A stretch of DNA of 64,000 bases from Candidatus Marinacidobacterales bacterium. GTDB taxonomy: Bacteria; Acidobacteriota; Vicinamibacteria; Marinacidobacterales; DATDRI01. Shown in pieces: positions 59,924-64,000 of this stretch. A model generated the notes under the pieces. That model ran no database searches. It was not told the origin of the DNA and worked only from the letters and a program-made list of their open reading frames with translations. The stretch covers positions 32,001 through 96,000 of the forward strand of contig OZ245365.1 of the NCBI GenBank assembly GCA_965226495.1, in the 5' to 3' direction. Positions within the stretch are counted from its first letter, which is position 1, and each line of letters starts with the position of its first letter. A program made the position numbers and the translations under genes.

Positions 59924-62530
59924 GTGGCTCTTAGCGCTGGTGAGCGTCTCGGTCCCTATGAAATCCTCGCACCTCTCGGTGCAGGTGGCATGGGTGAGGT
60001 CTACAAGGCCCAAGACACTCGGCTCGATCGCACCGTCGCCATCAAAGTTCTCCCTTCTCATGTAGCCGGCAACCCAGAAGTCCGCCAGAGATTCGAGCGA
60101 GAAGCCCGCGCCGTCTCGAGCTTGAACCATTCCCACATTTGCACGCTTTACGACATCGGCAGCGAGAATGGTGTCGACTTCATGGTCATGGAGCACATCG
60201 AGGGGGATACGCTCGCCGATCGATTGAGCAAAGGAGCGCTTCCTTTCGACCAGGCGCTGCGACGGGGGATCGAGATCGCCGACGCCCTGGACAAAGCGCA
60301 CCGTCAAGGCGTGGTCCACCGAGATCTGAAACCGGGCAATATCATGCTCACGAAGTCAGGCGCGAAACTACTCGACTTCGGCCTCGCGAAGATGACGGCG
60401 GCGGAAACGAATGCCGGTGGCGTATCGGCCTTGCCCACTGAAGCGAAGCCTCTTACTCAGGAAGGCTCGATCCTGGGAACCTTCCAGTACATGGCCCCGG
60501 AGCAGCTCGAGGGGAAGGAAGCTGACGCGCGGGCAGACCTCTTTGCGTTCGGAGCCGTCCTCTACGAAATGCTCACCGGGCGGAAGGTTTTCGAAGGAGA
60601 GAGTCAGGCTAGCCTCATCACCGCCATCATGAGCGCCGAGCCCGCGTCCGTTTCCGACCTTCAGCCTTTGACGCCGTTCGCTCTCGAGCGTCTCGTTAAG
60701 AGGTGCCTGGCGAAGGATCCCGAGGATCGCTGGCAGAGCGCGAGGGACGTGACGCTGGAGCTCGGATGGATTCGCGACAAGGGTGACGCGGACGCTTCGA
60801 CAACGGCGCCGGCCGGAGCACGAAGCCGTAAGCGACTCTCTTGGGCGCTTGTCCTCTTGCTTGCGGCCGCCATCGTAGGCGTTGTGGTTCATCGATTCAC
60901 GGAGCCCGATGCCCCACCGGTGATCCGGTTCCGAACCGAAGCCGGCGAGCTCAGTGTCACCAATGGGCAGTTCGTGAAGATCACACCCGATGGCAGGACC
61001 CTCGTCTATCGCGGCGAGCGGGACGGCGTCAGTCAGTTGTATCGACGCGCGCTCGACGAGATCGAAGGGACGCCGCTTCCCGGAACGGAAAATCCCAACA
61101 ATCTCTTCATTTCCCCGGACGGCCGGTGGGCTGGGTTCCTCCAGGTCGCGGATCTGCTCCTTAGGAAGGTGTCCCTTTCCGGCGGAGCTCCGGTGACGAT
61201 CTCCGAGTTGCCTGTGGCCGCAAGGGGAGTGAGCTGGGGCGACGACGATACGATCGTCTTCGGTTCTGACGGCGGGGGCCTGTGGCAGATACCCGCCCGC
61301 GGAGGCGAACCACAACCGCTCACCAACCCAGCCGAGGGACACGAGCACAACCGGCCCTTCCACTTGCCGGGAGCGAAGGGAGTCCTCTTCACGGTTTGGG
61401 CGGGAGGAACGAGCGAAGTTGCGGTCCTTCCCCCTGGAAGCAACGAGCCGCGGGTCCTCCTCGAAGGGACGACGCCCCAGCTCACCGCGTCCGGCCATCT
61501 GGTCTATCAGCGAGAGGGCGGCCTATGGGCGGTGGCGTTCGATTCCGATCGGTTGGCGATCAAAGGGACGCCCGCGCCGGTCGTCGAGGGCGTTCAGTTG
61601 ACGGGCAACACCGCGGCACAGTTCGCACTTTCTCATGAGGGTACTCTCGTGTACGTGCCGCCCGATGTGGGCGCCGCCTTCCGATTGGTTGGGGTCGACC
61701 GAGAGGGTAGCGTAACGCCGCTCTCTAAGAACCTTGAAGCCCTCGATCAGCCGAGACTATCCCCCGATGAGAGTCGCGTCGCTGTGGAGATGAACTCTCC
61801 CTTGACCGGCTTCGATTTGTGGCTCCATGACATCGAGCGTGGAACGCGCTCGCGCCTCACGGTGGATGGCGGAACCAACGCCGTCTGGTCGCCCGGAGGC
61901 GATCGGATCGCTTTTCGTCACTACGCGGGCAACTTGCTCACCATCTCCGCCGACGGAAGCGGGGAATCAGAGGTCCTTTATCGGCGTGACGACGGCGATC
62001 TTCTCCACCCTGTGCCATCCTCGTGGTCCCCGGATGGCCGATTCCTGGCTCTCGCGACCCTTGGAGGAGACATTTTTGTGTTGGCGCTCGGTGGCGAACC
62101 GGAACCCTTCCTCGCCACCGAGTTCACTGAGCGAAACCCGATGTTCTCTCCCGACGGGCGCTTCCTCGCGTACGTCTCGGACGAGACGGGGCGGAACGAG
62201 GTCTACGTTCGGCAATTCCCCGGCCCGGGAGGAAAGTGGACCCTCTCGATCGACGGCGGTACGTTGCCCGTTTGGTCCAAGGATGGAAGTGAGCTCTTCT
62301 ATCGGGAGGGCAACCGGATCATGGAGGTTAGTATCCAAAAGGAGCCCACGTTCTCCGCTGATGCGCCACGCGTCGTCCTCGACATTGGATTCGCGGCAGA
62401 GCCGCCCACGTTCGACGTCTCTCGCGATGGAGAGCGCTTTCTCATGATTCAACGGGATGCTAGCTCGAAGAGAAGCTTGGTAGTCGTTCTCAACTGGTTC
62501 GAGGAACTGAAGCGCCTCGTTCCAAAGTAA
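59924..62530 (+). CDS. Ser/Thr kinase with a TM segment and a C-terminal PD40/TolB-like propeller
   Basis: GAGGMGEVY, VAIK, HRDLKPGN, DFG, GT.QYMAPE; SPDG repeats; VVLNWFEEL terminus. Confidence 0.95.
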   Translation: MALSAGERLGPYEILAPLGAGGMGEVYKAQDTRLDRTVAIKVLPSHVAGNPEVRQRFEREARAVSSLNHSHICTLYDIGSENGVDFMVMEHIEGDTLADRLSKGALPFDQALRRGIEIADALDKAHRQGVVHRDLKPGNIMLTKSGAKLLDFGLAKMTAAETNAGGVSALPTEAKPLTQEGSILGTFQYMAPEQLEGKEADARADLFAFGAVLYEMLTGRKVFEGESQASLITAIMSAEPASVSDLQPLTPFALERLVKRCLAKDPEDRWQSARDVTLELGWIRDKGDADASTTAPAGARSRKRLSWALVLLLAAAIVGVVVHRFTEPDAPPVIRFRTEAGELSVTNGQFVKITPDGRTLVYRGERDGVSQLYRRALDEIEGTPLPGTENPNNLFISPDGRWAGFLQVADLLLRKVSLSGGAPVTISELPVAARGVSWGDDDTIVFGSDGGGLWQIPARGGEPQPLTNPAEGHEHNRPFHLPGAKGVLFTVWAGGTSEVAVLPPGSNEPRVLLEGTTPQLTASGHLVYQREGGLWAVAFDSDRLAIKGTPAPVVEGVQLTGNTAAQFALSHEGTLVYVPPDVGAAFRLVGVDREGSVTPLSKNLEALDQPRLSPDESRVAVEMNSPLTGFDLWLHDIERGTRSRLTVDGGTNAVWSPGGDRIAFRHYAGNLLTISADGSGESEVLYRRDDGDLLHPVPSSWSPDGRFLALATLGGDIFVLALGGEPEPFLATEFTERNPMFSPDGRFLAYVSDETGRNEVYVRQFPGPGGKWTLSIDGGTLPVWSKDGSELFYREGNRIMEVSIQKEPTFSADAPRVVLDIGFAAEPPTFDVSRDGERFLMIQRDASSKRSLVVVLNWFEELKRLVPK

Positions 62531-62715
62531 AAAAAACATATTTTCCCTTGACAAGATTCTCGTAACAGACTTTCCGATCTCCTCGATTGCCTCCGCAGCG
62601 CCATCTCTCGAGTGTGCGTTGACGTTCTAGTCAACGTCTAGAAGTTTCGAGACAAAAACTTCGTCGAAGTACGTTCCTTTCGACTCACGTCATCTCCAGG
62701 CCAAAAAAAGTGCGT

Positions 62716-62724
62716 TGTTATATT
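62716..62724 (+). promoter_or_regulatory. extended -10 element upstream of the HNH gene
   Basis: TGTTATATT about 20 bp before ATG 62745. Confidence 0.4.
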
Positions 62725-62744
62725 GCTTGTGGGGGTAACGAGAT

Positions 62745-63824
62745 ATGTTTAGCAAATTACTAAGATCGATTTCGGATGATGAGCTACTCCACAGCTTGTC
62801 CGGGCTGGTGCATCAATCACGACGCGTCGAGTCGGAGTTGGTCGCACACATCGCCGAGGTGGACGAGCGGCGTTTGTATGCCCGGGAAGCGTGCTCGTCG
62901 ATGTTCACTTATTGCATCGAGGTCCTACATATGTCGGAGGCCGAGGCCTATCTCCGAATTCGAGCCGCCCGTGCATCGCGAAAACACCCAGAGCTCCTGG
63001 CCATGCTGAAGGACGGGCGCATTCATCTGACCGGCGTCGCCAAGCTCTCGCCGTACCTCACCGAGGCGAATCGGGAGACGGTTCTGTCGCGTGCTGCTCA
63101 TAAGTCCAAGGCAAGGATCGAAGAGCTGGTGGCGGAGATTGCACCGAAGCCCGATGTTGCCCCCGCGATACGCAAGCTTCCCGCACAACTGCGCCCAGAC
63201 GCAGTTGGCCCTTCGCCCGCGCCTCCCGTCGTCCCAGTCGCTAGGCCCGCAGCGATTAAGCCACTGGCGCCAGCGCGTTACAAGGTCCAGTTCACGGCCA
63301 GCGCCGAGCTGAAGGACAAGATCGAGCGCCTGCGCGGGCTCATGCGCGGCTCGGTGCCCGACGGCGATTTGGCGGCGATCATCGAGGAAGCCGTGACGGA
63401 GAAGCTCGAGCGGCTCGAGGCGAAGCGTCTTGGCAAGACGAAAGCGCCCAGGAAGAGCGTCGAAGAGACCGATACGTCGCCGTCGTCACGTTATATCCCG
63501 GCCGCGGTGAGGCGTGCCGTGAGCGAGCGGGACCGGAATCAGTGCACCTTTGTGGACGCGCGGGGTAAGCGCTGTAGTGAGCGATCCCAACTTCAGTTTC
63601 ACCACAACCAGCCCTATGCCCGTGGAGGCGACCACAGTGTCGAGAACATCCAAGTGATGTGCTCCACGCACAACCAGCATCTCGCCGAGTACGACTATAG
63701 CAAAGAAACAATGGAGCGATACCGTATCCGGGAGCCCGACCCCGTCTACGACTCGCTGGTCATAATAAATAGCGGCTTGCCGTCGAACTTGTCGAAGATG
63801 GGTCGTAGTCGGTCGGTGTCGTAG
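62745..63824 (+). CDS. HNH endonuclease with a DUF222-like N-terminal region
   Basis: R.IP..VRRAV..RD..QC......C.....QFHH..P...GG.....N....C..HN. Confidence 0.88.
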   Translation: MFSKLLRSISDDELLHSLSGLVHQSRRVESELVAHIAEVDERRLYAREACSSMFTYCIEVLHMSEAEAYLRIRAARASRKHPELLAMLKDGRIHLTGVAKLSPYLTEANRETVLSRAAHKSKARIEELVAEIAPKPDVAPAIRKLPAQLRPDAVGPSPAPPVVPVARPAAIKPLAPARYKVQFTASAELKDKIERLRGLMRGSVPDGDLAAIIEEAVTEKLERLEAKRLGKTKAPRKSVEETDTSPSSRYIPAAVRRAVSERDRNQCTFVDARGKRCSERSQLQFHHNQPYARGGDHSVENIQVMCSTHNQHLAEYDYSKETMERYRIREPDPVYDSLVIINSGLPSNLSKMGRSRSVS

Positions 63825-64000
63825 TACTTCTCTACGTTCACGACCTTCTTCTTACTGGTCACGACATCGAGCGGGACGCTGTCGTAACGTCCGTTTCGAA
63901 CCGAGACCAACTTGCCTTCCACACCCCGAAGGACGAGATCCATCGCTAGGTTGCCGAATGCCATCGGTACGATGGAGTCCATCGCGTCGGGGTTGCCGCA
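63746..64000 (-). CDS. pfkA: 6-phosphofructokinase family, 3' end (partial)
   Basis: CGNPDAMDSIVPMAFGNLA.DL...G..G.LV....G.Y..VP resembles the PfkA C-terminus. Confidence 0.75.
   Translation of the reverse strand, partial: CGNPDAMDSIVPMAFGNLAMDLVLRGVEGKLVSVRNGRYDSVPLDVVTSKKKVVNVEKYYDTDRLRPIFDKFDGKPLFIMTSES

Noticed and set aside
62745-63824. Cas9/IscB-like RNA-guided nuclease
   Set aside because: No RuvC motifs or PLMP N-terminus; only a C-terminal HNH domain

Overview
A GC-rich bacterial chromosomal window, mostly core genome. The protein repertoire (Ser/Thr kinase-PD40 propeller, DUF222-like HNH, peptidase-propeller-Omp85) suggests Acidobacteriota, possibly Vicinamibacteria-like; this is inference. 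Left end: the flank of a decayed genomic island at the 3' end of tRNA-Ser(TGA), with an integrase C-terminal remnant, an HTH-like protein and alpA. Then: an EAL protein, serS, galU, a solenoid-repeat kinase, an NHL protein, a frameshifted MBL hydrolase, dprA-topA-trmFO-xerC, a TPR/lipoprotein/Omp85 operon, rplU-rpmA-obgE-nadD-rsfS, an atypical sigma54 activator with a LapA-LapB fusion and comF, a degenerate S1/P1-like protein, an ECF sigma/STAS operon, lpxC, a fabG-like SDR, an archaeal-type topoisomerase VI pair (top6B-top6A), AsmA, two GT2s, a ychF-like gene, the dcw cluster (mraZ to ftsZ), a kinase, an HNH nuclease and the 3' end of a pfkA-family gene. Most notable: (1) lpxC carries a consensus sigma54 promoter plus two phased palindromic enhancer-like sites, and a sensorless sigma54 activator with a Walker B E-to-Q change sits just upstream of lapAB, a candidate LPS-control circuit; (2) a modular intergenic repeat family with covarying hairpins at seven or more loci; (3) bacterial Topo VI. 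All assignments come from reading motifs by eye; no searches were run.
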